A DNA stretch of 64,000 nucleotides from Bigelowiella natans CCMP2755 (lineage: Eukaryota; Protista; Cercozoa): positions 3,584 through 67,583 of the forward strand of contig ADNK01001115.1 in assembly GCA_000320545.1 (NCBI GenBank), given 5' to 3'. The first letter of the stretch is position 1. The number at the start of each line of letters is the position of its first letter. The notes below the pieces were generated by a model. The model searched no databases, was not told the origin of the DNA, and was given only the letters and a program-made list of their open reading frames with translations. A program made the position numbers and the translations under genes. Positions 39,718 to 51,651 of this stretch are shown here, piece by piece.

Positions 39718-41235
39718 TATATATGGAGTATATCTGTGTGTAAATATCAAACGCGAGCATGTATGCTTCCTTTGCAGAGGCGCAATATTTCACGCCAGTA
39801 GTCGCCTGAATGCCCGTGTGCTGTTGCGACTTTCTACGATCATGCAGCCACTGATTCTTGCTATAACTAATGTCTCTGATGTACCCCTCGTCGACGATGA
39901 TACTCCTCTTTCAAGAAGAGATGACACTATTGATTTCGTGCTTCTCCTCCTCCTCACCATTCCTCCGACTCTTCTTCTTCTGCTGCAACCTGAGGCCGCG
40001 AAAGAAAACATGGTACTCGTTATGTTACATGTTTGCTGACGAGATTTTCTTGCCGGACCCCTCTCTCTCCCCAATCCTTTCTGTTGGGGGCGGGCACTGT
40101 ACAGCTATCTTCCTTTCCTGGACCTAGGTACTATTTGATATTAATCCACGGAGAAAAGGCTTTCGATATATGTTGCACGCCCGCTGCCCCCCCCCCCTCT
40201 TCACTTTAGAGTGGAAGAAGCACACAATATTTCTATCGGGGTGGTTGCGTGCGAAGAAGGTGTTTGTAAGGAGGTAAAATGTATGAATGAATAACCTGCT
40301 TCCCCATTTGATGATGCCGTAGCAGTACCATCTCCCCGTCGTTGCTTTTTATCTGTCTGCTGCTGCTGCTGCTTCTTACGAGTCACTCGCCGCTTGTCCA
40401 GCTTGAAATAGCGACCCTTCTCCTCGTCGAAGTAGTGGCCTTTTAATTATTTATTGGCCATTAGATGGTGAGGGGGTAGCAGCGGGATAGAGGAGGAGGA
40501 TAAGGGCGTTGGAAATGTATGTATTAGTTGAATTTCTGTGAAAAGTCTCCATATCAGCATAACAGCGTCTCACCTCGAATCCTGGGCGGTGGGTTTTTTC
40601 CGTGTTTCCGGGAGCTCTTTGTACATTGCGCTGCGGAAGTCGCTGCTCTTGATTTAGAGCTTCTTCCTACCGTCGTAACAACATCTGCTTGCTTTGGCTT
40701 GGCGTCTTCCTCGTCGTGGCTTGACCTACACAGCAGTTGATTTACAGCACAAAAAGAGAAAGAAACCTGGATGAAAGTTGGAATACTATCGGGTCGATTA
40801 GCTCAGGTGAGTAATACTCTGAGGACGAATCGAGGAAGTGTCTTTTTCGCGCACGGGGTTTGGTCTTTTCCTTTGTGTCTTCTAATAATATGTGCATGAG
40901 GGCAACCAAATCATAGCCGCAGCAGAACAGGGCGAGGGGTGAGCGGTAATGATCACAAAAAAAAGGCGATTGATTGGTCAATAGTTTGGAATTCGAAAGC
41001 ACGATGGCTCCCCACCAGGTAGTTTTTCTTGTTCGCGTCGCCGTCCCTTTAAGTGGCGGGTAACTCCGACGGTGGATAACAATTCCTGGCTCTGGTTGCC
41101 CTCGTAATTTTTCTTCTTTTTCTTCTTCCGCCTCTTCTTCCTTCTAGAAGTGCTCGATCCAGAAGCGCCATGTTTGTTTGTTGCTTTTTTTCTGTTGGAT
41201 TCATCGCCTCCGCCGCCTCTACTTGTCTCCTCCAT
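36190..41235 (-). CDS. DCAF4/WDR21-like WD40 protein (CUL4-DDB1 substrate receptor), multi-exon; alternative start at 41331
   Basis: GHYFDEEKGRYFKL resembles the DCAF4 N-terminal GFYFDPEKKRYF motif; VTAGIDGK..LWDYRYPKGVVQSFHGHTN (WDxR/DWD box); YLFIGGSDGKLRAWNVVTG. Confidence 0.75.
38664..38820. repeat. Long imperfect (CAT/CAC)n trinucleotide tract in a DCAF4-like intron
   Basis: ~157 bp of catcaccatcatc; starts directly after a minus-strand GT donor at 38823. Confidence 0.9.
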
Positions 41236-41426
41236 CGACCGTATCGGCGCTGCCCTCGTAGACTGGTGGGGGGTTGGGACCAGTTCCGACGCTGAATTCC
41301 GAGGGGTTGTTGTAAGTGTTCTGTTTTTCATCCTTTCCAAAACAACCGAAACTATCCTATATTTTCAGTCTATTATCGGAGCGTCTCGTGAAAATCTCGA
41401 GAATCCACGGAAGCGGAACTCGTAGT

Positions 41427-41791
41427 ATGAGCTTTTCAGGCGCTCCCCCCGCTGTCGGGGCTCCTCGGAACGGCAGGGGCCTGAATGCACCATCCCACCG
41501 AACATTTTTCGATGACCAGCAACTCCCTCCGAAAGAATCTGCTGTGGCGAAAGGGGAGGAGGCCCTCGTGGAGAATAGTAAGCCTATTCTCGAGTTTGTT
41601 CGGCGATCCATCGTTGGGAACTTTCAAGTGGTAAATGGCCCCTTTGGCCGTCGGAGGGTGCTGTATGCCGACTACGTTGCCTCTGGGAAGCCATTGCACT
41701 CAATCGAGGACTATATTCGAAAGGAGGTTTGTTTTATTCAATATATTTTCTCGTATGGTGATAACACCTTCAAACTCTCCCTCGCTCTCTC

Positions 41792-41830
<39 letters not shown>

Positions 41831-42181
41831 CCCCCTCTCTCTCTCTCTCTAGGTTATGCCAGTTTACGCCAATACGCATACGACGACATCTGTCACTGGA
41901 CTACAGAGCACCCTCTTTCGTGAGGAGGCGCGATCAATTGTTCATCGATGCGTTAGGGCGGGGAAAGATGACGCGATTATCTTCTGCGGCAGGTCCTTTG
42001 CCTGCAAACAAATGCGAGATCCTCTGCTCTCCACACTTTAGCCATATGTGAATCTAAGAAGGAAAGAGATGTGTAGAAAGAAGGAGGAGAATAATAATAA
42101 TAATAATAATAATAATGGGGAAGACGTAGCGGGAAGAGATAGAGCGAGTGAGAGAGAAACTGTGACTATTGAATTACGGAA

Positions 42182-42215
<34 letters not shown>

Positions 42216-42953
42216 TGCCTCTCAGCGGGGCAACTGGAGCGTTAAACCGCCTGGCGTCACTTGTCGGGTTGAAGAAGAAGGCCGAGCACCCACACGAGGC
42301 CCAGGCTAAAGATCGGTCGATGTGGCCTGTTGTGTTGGTGGGACCGTACGAACATCATTCCAACCTGCTACCATGGCGCGAGTGCATCTGCGTGATCGAG
42401 CAAGTGAAGGAGGACAGCGCCAATGGTGGTGTAGATATGCGTCATCTAGAAGAGGTTCTGCGTCGATTGCGACACGATGATGCGCGAAGCGTCGAAGGGG
42501 GGGCGGGCTCGAAAAGGAGGCTGATAATTGGCACGTTCAGCGCAGCCTCGAATGTGACAGGAATCCTCACTGATACGAGGAAAGTCACCGAGCTTTTGCA
42601 CAAATATGGTAGTAGTAGTAGTAGCAGCAGTAGTGGTCGTCGTCGTCGTCGTAGTAGTAGACGAAGGAGGAGGAGCTACAATGCGCCATGCTGTTGTTCC
42701 TAGTAGCTGAGACACTCCCATGCTTCTCTTCCTTTCGTCTGATCGATGTTGTTAAGAATGGAGATGATGACTTGCCTGCTGCCTCAAACAACAGGCAAGT
42801 TGTTCCTCCTGCTTCTTGTTTATCTGCAACAGAGAGCACGCATGCTCTGAGCCTCACATAACAACCACAAACAAACAAAGAAGCATACAAAATCACAAAC
42901 ACACAACGTCACACCACTTCCTGCATTCCGGGTGTCGTCTTGTCGCTAATACC

Positions 42954-42989
<36 letters not shown>

Positions 42990-43303
42990 GCTACCACGCA
43001 GGAGCTTTATCGTTCTGGGACTATGCGACAGCTGGGCCCTACGTCGATGTCGATATGCACCCAGGAGGGGCTCAAGGAAGCCAAGGGGGTGGGGGTGGCG
43101 CAGCCAAAGACGCGATTGTTCTCTCCACGCACAAGTTCCTTGGAGGTACTATACTACTACTACTACTACTGCTGCTGCTGCTGATACTACTACTACTACT
43201 ACTACTACTACTACAACTTCTACCCTGAAGCGAAACCCTCGATGATAGCGGCAGCAGCAGCAGCAGAAGAGATACGCATCAATATGAAACTTGTCAGGAC
43301 ACA

Positions 43304-43355
<52 letters not shown>

Positions 43356-43364
43356 TTCTCTCCC

Positions 43365-43404
<40 letters not shown>

Positions 43405-43536
43405 CTTTCTCCCGTAACCTTCTTCACTGCTCCCCCCCCTTCGACAAGGGCCAGGAACTCCAGGGATTTTAGTGGTTAAGAAAGCTCTGCTTGCAAGGCG
43501 GCTCGCCAGCGCCCCTACGGAGGTGATGTTTCTCTC

Positions 43537-43575
<39 letters not shown>

Positions 43576-43809
43576 ATGTGCGTGCTGATGAGATCCGGCC
43601 CAAGTCCTGAAACTGTACAAATCGAGATGTCTCTGTCGGTTGCACGACGGCACCCCCGCCCCCTGTGAAAAGAGTGTCGCCCTTTCATTGCGCTTAGGTT
43701 GGGGGGGGCACCGTGTTCTTCGTCGGGGATAACTGGCATCGTTACCTGGAGAATCTCGAGGAGAGGGAGGAGGGGGGTACTCCAGACATCATTGGTGCGG
43801 TGAGAGCGG

Positions 43810-43841
<32 letters not shown>

Positions 43842-44567
43842 CTACTACTACGTGCCTTATCTATTGAAAAGGAAAGACGAAAACAAACACGCCATGGAAA
43901 GAAGCGAGTCACCGCCTCCTCTGCATGCATCTCCCTTAGAAAACGCACACCGCCACACACACGCACGCACATAAGGAGAGCTCCTTCTCGTCCTTTCATT
44001 CCTCCATCTTCCTCCGCATCGTTCACACAATGCGTTGTCGTGCTGAAACAACGGCACGGCTACGACTAGGGTCTGGTTTTCCAGTTGAAGGAGGCCATTG
44101 GCTCTACGACGGTCAGGAGTACGGAAGAGCTCCATCGCGCCGCAGCAATGCCTCGCCTACAAAAGCACAAGTTTATCAGGCTGCTGGGTGCGTGCGTGCG
44201 TGCGCACTGTGCAGTCAGTATGCGTGATAGTGCGTTAGTGTGTTCGTGTGTGTGGGGGGTGGTGGGGGTGGTGTCTAAGCCGTTGTTCATTCATCACCAT
44301 CATCTTCTTCTTCTTCATCATCATCATAATCATCATGATCTAATCCCTTTTCCCTTTCTACTACTACGTTTGTCTCCATATCGACAGGGCACGAAGCCAC
44401 AACGACCCGCTTGCCGGTCTTCTCCTTCAACATTGCGGCGCCGCCGCCTTTCTCGCGCACTCTTGCGGGACGCAATAGCCCGCCTCTCCCACCCGGGGTA
44501 TGTTATGACGATAGCAGCAGTAGAAAGAGGACGAGATCAGAATATTTCACTAATGCTTACTGTTGGA

Positions 44568-44608
<41 letters not shown>

Positions 44609-44615
44609 AATAATC

Positions 44616-44649
<34 letters not shown>

Positions 44650-45492
44650 GTCTGTGTGTGTGTGTATCATCTCTATTAAGGGTTCCAACCATGATTTAAT
44701 ACTGCATTACGGCTTCGTTTCCGCCCTTCTCAACGACCTCTTTGGAGTGCAGGCGCGCGGGGGGTAAACAACAGCAATCATACATCGTGTAAATGCACGA
44801 ACACCCTTACAAAAACGTTCAAAGCACGCAAATTCCATTGTGAGCACGCCACAGAGCTCAAGTATCTCCCTCACCCCCCCCCCCCTTCTTCTTCCCTTAA
44901 TGTGGTACTCTCCGCAGATGTGCTTGTGCAGGGCCATATGCCCAACACTGCTTAGGCATCGATAGCACACGCGCACGGCGCCTGGAGGGACAGCTACTGA
45001 ATAAGTCGGAAATTGTGCGGCCGGGGTTTGTCCGCGTGTGCTTTCATTATGCGATGACTCGCCAGGTACTTTCTCTCCCTTATTTGGTGATGCTTTTGCC
45101 TTGAAGGTCTTTTCTATGCCCCCCCCCCCCCCCTCAGTACAACGGGTGATAACATCTATCTATCCTCCTGTTGGCCTCTTCCCTCGGAGATCATTCGTTT
45201 TTTTTGGCTTTGTTTTTTTGTTTTCAGGAACGTGAAAGCATCCTGCGTGCGATTGAGTTCGTCGCGGAGTACGGGTGGTGCTTCATGCCACTCTACACCT
45301 TCAAGATTGAGAGGTATTAAGTATTAATGATGATGATGATAATAATAATAATAATAATGATAAGAGCGTGCTTGTTGCTGCTGCTGATCATGCTGCAATT
45401 TAGACCCCCTTGTGTAGTAGTTTTTTCTGGGTTGGAGACGGGGTGGGGGGTGGGGGGAGGTGAGCGTAATAACACCGATTATACATATATGT

Positions 45493-45529
<37 letters not shown>

Positions 45530-46110
45530 TATGTGTTGTGTTGTGTTGTGTGCGTGTGTGTATGTGTGTTTTACTTAAGCGGGGAATGGGTTCATCGTCG
45601 TCTGGCTGCTAGGGGGCGGCCCGACCGCCGTTGGCTAGGAAGGATATCGTACCAATGTGCGTGACGGACTCACGACAGCACTCATAGCTTTACAACACAA
45701 CTCCAACCTACTATTTCGAGGACCGCACATACACACACTCACGCATATGTATAATATGTCTGAATGCATATCAAGTATTCAACTGGAACAGCGGCGTGAA
45801 CAACTGTATACCTTCCACCCTCCCTCCCCCCCCCCCCCTCTCTCTCTCTCTGTATGTGTGTGCTCTCGCGGTCTTCTTCACATAATCAGCGGGGTCCATG
45901 GTCTACCCCAAGTCAGAGGGAGGCGATGGGGAGGGGGACGCAAAATCGACTCTACCCCGCGAGGGTAGTGCTCCGATGATGGAAGAGCTGCTGGCAGAGG
46001 CACATCGTGTTGTTGAGTCGCTTAAGGAAAAGCCTCCTGTCGTTGTCGATCAGAAAACAACTCTACCGGTAGGTGCATGGGGCATGAAGCGCTACTGAAA
46101 GGCGTACGCT

Positions 46111-46145
<35 letters not shown>

Positions 46146-46904
46146 ACTACTGCTATTGCTAATACTCGCTGGTAGGCCCCCGTCCTGCCCCTGCGCTGGT
46201 TCATGCTGCCCTCAGAAGCAGCACATCTACTCCGGTGAGGGAGGGGTTGTTGTTAGATCATCATTGGCCTTAAGACCCATCGTATCGTTAGCGATAGAGA
46301 CACTTCTCCACCCGACCGATCATCGTTTTAGCCTGGCGTGTATTCCTTCCTTGTCTTGCGGCGTTGAATCATCGTCGCTCTTCAGAGAGAACGAGAGAGA
46401 GAGAGGGGGGGGAGGGTGAGTGTGCAAGTGAGTGAGTACCGCAGCAGTATATGTTCCCCTCAAATCCACTCCTCCCCCCCCCTCACCCAGGTCGCCGAGC
46501 GCCACTCTTGAAGAGCTGCGGGGAGGGGATCTTAACCATAGCATTAGCAGCAGCAATGGCGGGAAGAATGGTGATGAGCGTGAGGAAGACTCTTCAATGC
46601 AAGTCGAGGCCGCTGGCCACAGCGGAGGCGACGTCAAACAAACAACAGCATTCACGGCAGCAATCCCCTTCACCAACACCAGCACCAGCACTAGTAACCT
46701 ATGCAGGAATTGCTTTCACCCGCATTCGATGGGGAAGGTAGCTCCCAACGATGATGATGCTTATGATGCTCTGCTCATGCTTCTGATGATGGTGATGCTG
46801 GCGATGATGATGATGATGATGATGATGATGGTGGTGATGGTGGTGGTGGTGGAAAACAGCGACGATCAAGAGATAGCGACGCAGCATGGAAAATCCTAAA
46901 TGAG

Positions 46905-46954
<50 letters not shown>

Positions 46955-48944
46955 GCAATTACTCAGGGAAAGGCACGCGAGTGCCGTTCCTGCGATTGCA
47001 TCGATTTTGCCCCGCTGCTGCCCGACACTGTCCCGGCAATTGGTGTTGAAGGAGGGGGGGGAGGAGGAGGAGAGGTTGGAACCATAGCAATGATGGCTCC
47101 TACAAAGAGGAAACAACGGCCTTCACCCTCATCCCATCAAAACCCTCCTCATCATCGGAGCAATCCCAACAAACACTCACCAGCAGCCTCCCCCTCTTCG
47201 TCCTCAACCCCCTCCTCGTCGTCAGGACAAACCCAGCAGCAGCAAGCGGAAGGGAGGGGTGAGGGGAGTAAGAAGCGCAGGACTACCACGACGACGGCGA
47301 ACAACGGTGAGGAGGAGGAGGAGGAGGAGGAGGAGGGGATTATATGCGATATGATAATAGGAATGGACAATGATGCTTCTACTGAATAGAGTGATGGTGG
47401 TGGCAGTTGAAATAATGATAATTATGCCAATGACAATGATGATGGATGACAACGACAGCTACTCTGTACACTACTTGAGAAGCAATCGATTTCGTCGAGC
47501 ACCACGCGCCTTCACCACCACCACCTTCTGCAAGTAATAGCTCATATTTTCATTTTCCCGTATAAATTGAAAGGAGGAGGAGGAGGAGGAGGAGGAGATA
47601 TAAAAACAGCCGCATCATCGTCGAAGAACGGCCTCTTGAGCACCACCATCGCCGGTGGTAAGAACAAGTCTCGGATGAAGAGAATGAAGAAGATTCAGAA
47701 GGTGAGAGGAGATAGACGTCGTGCAGTGCTCCTGCTTAATAGTAGTAGTAGTAGTAGTAGTACTAGTGGTAGTAATAGCAGTAGTGGTAGTATCTCGATG
47801 AAGAATAAGACTTGCTGCTGCTACTGCTGCTGAAAAAGACAGCCATTCCTCTTCCAATCAAGCACTCGAACAACGATGAAGTTGATGTCACATCAACTTC
47901 ATCAGTTCACGCATACCGCCGTGATAGTCCTAAGAAGTACAATCTATCCTTCTTTTCCTTCTTCTTCTTCTTCTTCTTCTCCTTCTTCTTCTTCGCTATT
48001 ATTATCGGCATCATCCACAGAACATCGCGCGAGAAGTGGGGAAGGCCATCCAGGAGTTTCAAATGATACGGTGGGGGCATAGCAGCTGCTGCTGCTTCCC
48101 AATCAACGATGACGAATAGCCTGCATCTTGATCGGGGGCAGAGCACGACGTCATTTTGTTTTTCTATAACGTGCAACAAGAAGTCTGGGGGGGGGGGGGG
48201 GGGAGGGGGGTTGCAGCATGTACGAATGCCTTGTGCGGCATGACTCTATTCGTAGATGAATATAGGCTTTACTGCACATATGATGAACGATTGTACCGAT
48301 GGCTGCCTTTATGCGGTCGCTGGGGAAATCACCAATATAAATTCTTCAATCTGTCAATCTGATAATGTGCCTGGCCATGATTATGGACGGATATCTGTGT
48401 ATACCTGCTGCTCTGTTCAGCAGAAGGCTGATCGATGTGTGTGTGTGTGTCTGGAATGCGTGTGCGTGTAATATTGTTGTGGGGGCTGTTTCAGGGAGGG
48501 GGACCGTGTGCTGGTAGGCGTCTCTGGCGGCAAAGATTCACTGACGATGCTGGATGTTCTTTTGGACAAACAGGTCGGTACTTCTCTTCGTCGTCTCTTC
48601 CTTGGTAGCTGTGCTAGGTGTAGTAGTAGTAGTAGTAGTAGTAGTAGTACTTTGTAATAGTCATTTTGACGGAGAGGGGAGGGGCATATACTTCGATATC
48701 TCATCATTCTACACGGGTAGTAGTAGTAGCAATAGTTGTGGTAGCTGCAACCACAACATGGCAGCACCTCTTCTCGATTCTTAATCCCATCCATCACATC
48801 GCTAGCGAAAGGCACCAGTGCGGTTTGAAGTGGCGGCGTGTACCGTTGATCCTCAGGTCCGCGCGCATGTACGTGTGTGTGTGTGTGTGCGTGTGTGCGT
48901 GGCGTCGGTTCGGTAGTGACGTTTTACCTCGTTTCTTGACGATG

Positions 48945-48998
<54 letters not shown>

Positions 48999-49517
48999 AA
49001 AGCACATAAGCAGCAGACACGTCCTCCTCCTCCTCCTCCTCCTCTTCCTTCTGATTATCCTCCCCCCGCCGCCACCTTTCTCTCCTCCCGTAGGCCCCGG
49101 AATATGACCCCACCCCCCTGAAGGCTTACATGAAGAAAAAGGGAGTGAGGTAGTATGAAAGTGCATGTATGAGTACCCTTAGTGGCCAAAACAACAAGCA
49201 AACACACGCACGTATCACAATGACTCAGGTACTTTATGGAAAGCCAAAACGTCCTCGAAACGGCGAAGAAGCTCCTCGACCCAAGACGTAAGTATACTAG
49301 CGGCGAAGATGATGGTGGGGAGGGGGTGATGACGCGACGGCAGCGATGCGAGATGTGATGCACCCCTGAAGTTCCTCCTCCTCCTCCTCTTGTGAGACGA
49401 TAAGAGTGGAATATGAGCGATGAAAACAAGAGACATATGCATAGCGTGTATGCATGCATGTGTGCGTGTGTGCGTGCGTGTGTGCGTGCGTGTGTGCGTG
49501 TGTGTGTGCGTGTGTGC

Positions 49518-49562
<45 letters not shown>

Positions 49563-50141
49563 CAAAGTTTTCGTTGGAGCTGACCCCCCCTCTACTGCAC
49601 TTGTCAGGAGACTCTATTTGCTCCTTCTGCTCGCGCATGCGGCGTGGAATATTGTACAACACGGCGCGGAGGGAAGGCTACAATGTACTGGCGTTGGGAC
49701 AGGTGATGACCCAATTTGATGATGATGATGATGATGGCGGTGATAATGATGTTTCGCATGCAAACACATTCATACCTATTTATGCTGGACACCGTACACA
49801 ATCATGCCTTATCGTTCTGCCTTGATTACTTCTTGATCGATCCCTCCTGCCCCCCCCACCCCCCCGAAATTCGATACGTTCGCAGCATCTCGACGACCTC
49901 GCGGAGTCTTTCGTGATGTCAGCATTCCATAACGGCTCCCTGCGGACAATGAAGGCGCATTATGAAAACGATAAGGGGGACGTGAGGATCATCAGGCCTC
50001 TCGTGTATGTACGCGCATGCATTTTGTGTGCTCGGCTGGTTCTCTAGTTGCTGCAGTGTATATCTTTCATCTTGCATTCGATTAATATTTGTGTGGATGT
50101 GCGCATTATGAGTGCGATTGTGCAAATTGATAAATATTATA

Positions 50142-50212
<71 letters not shown>

Positions 50213-51054
50213 CGTGGTTAGATACGTCCGCGAAAGGCTAATGCGTGAGTATGCGACATTGGCCCGACTACCTGTAATTGATGAGAACTGTCCAGCATGC
50301 TTCGAGGTCTTAAAACTAGAAGAAGAAGAAGAAGAAGAATTATAGAATAAGAACAAGTAGTAGTAGCGGTGGCAGTAATACGGGCTGTACACACGAATAG
50401 AGACTGATACAGAGTACCAGATTGCTATCACGAAAGAGTCGTGTTGTGTTTCCATTGAGTATTCAATAAGGTCGTGTGTTTGTGTGTTGCGTGTGATTTT
50501 TTTTAATCATATGATCTCCGTTTGCCGTTGGGGTGTCGCATTGGTCACGACGACGACGACGACGATGATGATTATGATGATAGGCGCCAAAAGAGCGAGC
50601 GCGGGTGAAGCTAATGTTGGCGTCTCAAGAGCACGTACATCCCAACGTCTTTTCTTGCCTCCTGCGCACAATGAAGCCGCTCATGCGGGGGGATTTGGAG
50701 ACGAAACGGGGCGTGCACGCAGCTGCCATCAGATGCGGCGGCGGCCAAGGTAACGGGAGCCGTGATGGCAGTAATGGGATTCTTCACAGAAAACGCACAG
50801 ACATGAAATCATCGACGACTACGAGAACAAAGATGACCGCCATACCACCAGCTGCAGCAGAGGAAATGGAGTTTGATTTAATAGTGGGAGGACCCTCTGC
50901 AACATCTTCTTCTGATAAGAACGGCGATAGTATTGGTAGTGGCAAGGACAGTCATAACCCTTGGATTGATCGGGGGGAACGGATATGGGAGGTGGTGCAC
51001 GGCCAGCATAAAGGCGACTTCTGGGAGGCGTTGCAGCACCAGCTTACAATCTAA
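41427..51054 (+). CDS. Fusion of class-V aminotransferase/cysteine desulfurase-like domain and TtcA-type PP-loop tRNA thiolase, ~25 exons
   Basis: N-half: YADYVASG, YANTHT, GPYEHHSNLLPWRE, FSAASNVTG, WDYA, STHKFLGGPGTPG (PLP Lys), EEGGTP, LNDLFGVQARGGCACAGPY, LRWFMLPSE. C-half: VGVSGGKDSLTML, CSFCSRMRRG, LGQHLDDLAESF, IIRPL, ENCPACFE. Confidence 0.85.
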
Positions 51055-51163
51055 AGTGTATTTCTTAATTAGCTAACGGCCAAACCACTTCTATATCTAG
51101 CACCCACGCCCACACACAGTATGGCTATGCTTTTAAAAACGTTGGGTATAATATAGCTCTAGG

Positions 51164-51417
51164 TGTGTAAGACGGATGTAATTAATCAATTAAATTTGTT
51201 CAATGGTCATCCTTATATATGAGACGGATGTAATGAAATGTTTAAATTTTTTCAATGGTCATCCTGATGTAGCTGTGCAATGCAGCGGCTACAGCGCTTA
51301 AATTGTATCTGTTTGTTTCCTTGGTCACATGGCGCATGCATGAAAATACATCATGATTTGGTCTAGCATCCTTATACATAGCTATGCAATGCAGCGCTAG
51401 AGCGGCCACAGCGCTAA
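51164..51417 (+). repeat. Cluster of the dispersed element: 5' half (51164-51213), full copy (51216-51303), 3' half (51367-51417)
   Basis: gacggatgtaat..ttcaatggtcatcct occurs twice in tandem; agctatgcaatgcagcg..gcggccacagcgct recurs. Confidence 0.9.
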
Positions 51418-51609
51418 TGTTGAATCTGTTGTAACAATGTGTGCGGCCTATATCCAGCTATATAGCGCACACGTAGTCCAGCTAGCCCGCGCATGCAGCA
51501 TGCTAACATGCTAGCATGTTTAGCAGATGTCTAGATGTCCAGCTAGCCAGGTTATGCACATGCAGGCGCCAATTTTCACGTCAGCAGTACCAGCCATACT
51601 AGCATAGCC

Positions 51610-51651
51610 AGCTAGCCAGCTAGCTAGCTAGCTAGCTAGCTAGCTAGCTAG
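51610..51651. repeat. Self-complementary (GCTA)n microsatellite within a CTAG/AGCT-rich intergenic tract
   Basis: agctagccagctagctagctagctagctagctagctagctag. Confidence 0.9.

Noticed and set aside
40447-40461. ATG followed by an in-frame TAA just before GHYFDEEKGRYFK, suggesting readthrough or an altered code
   Set aside because: Explained by an intron acceptor (aaaag|gccac) joined to upstream exons; TAA, TAG and TGA all end other genes here
48495-50690. PP-loop domain as ordinary Ncs6/CTU1
   Set aside because: Lacks the flanking terminal Zn-finger CxxC pairs of Ncs6/TtuA; CSFCSRMRRG and GQHLDD match TtcA
51216-51303. Dispersed element as a SECIS or C/D snoRNA
   Set aside because: No AUGA/GA quartet, no in-frame UGA in neighbouring genes, occurs in both orientations, and the box-D-like CUGA is not conserved
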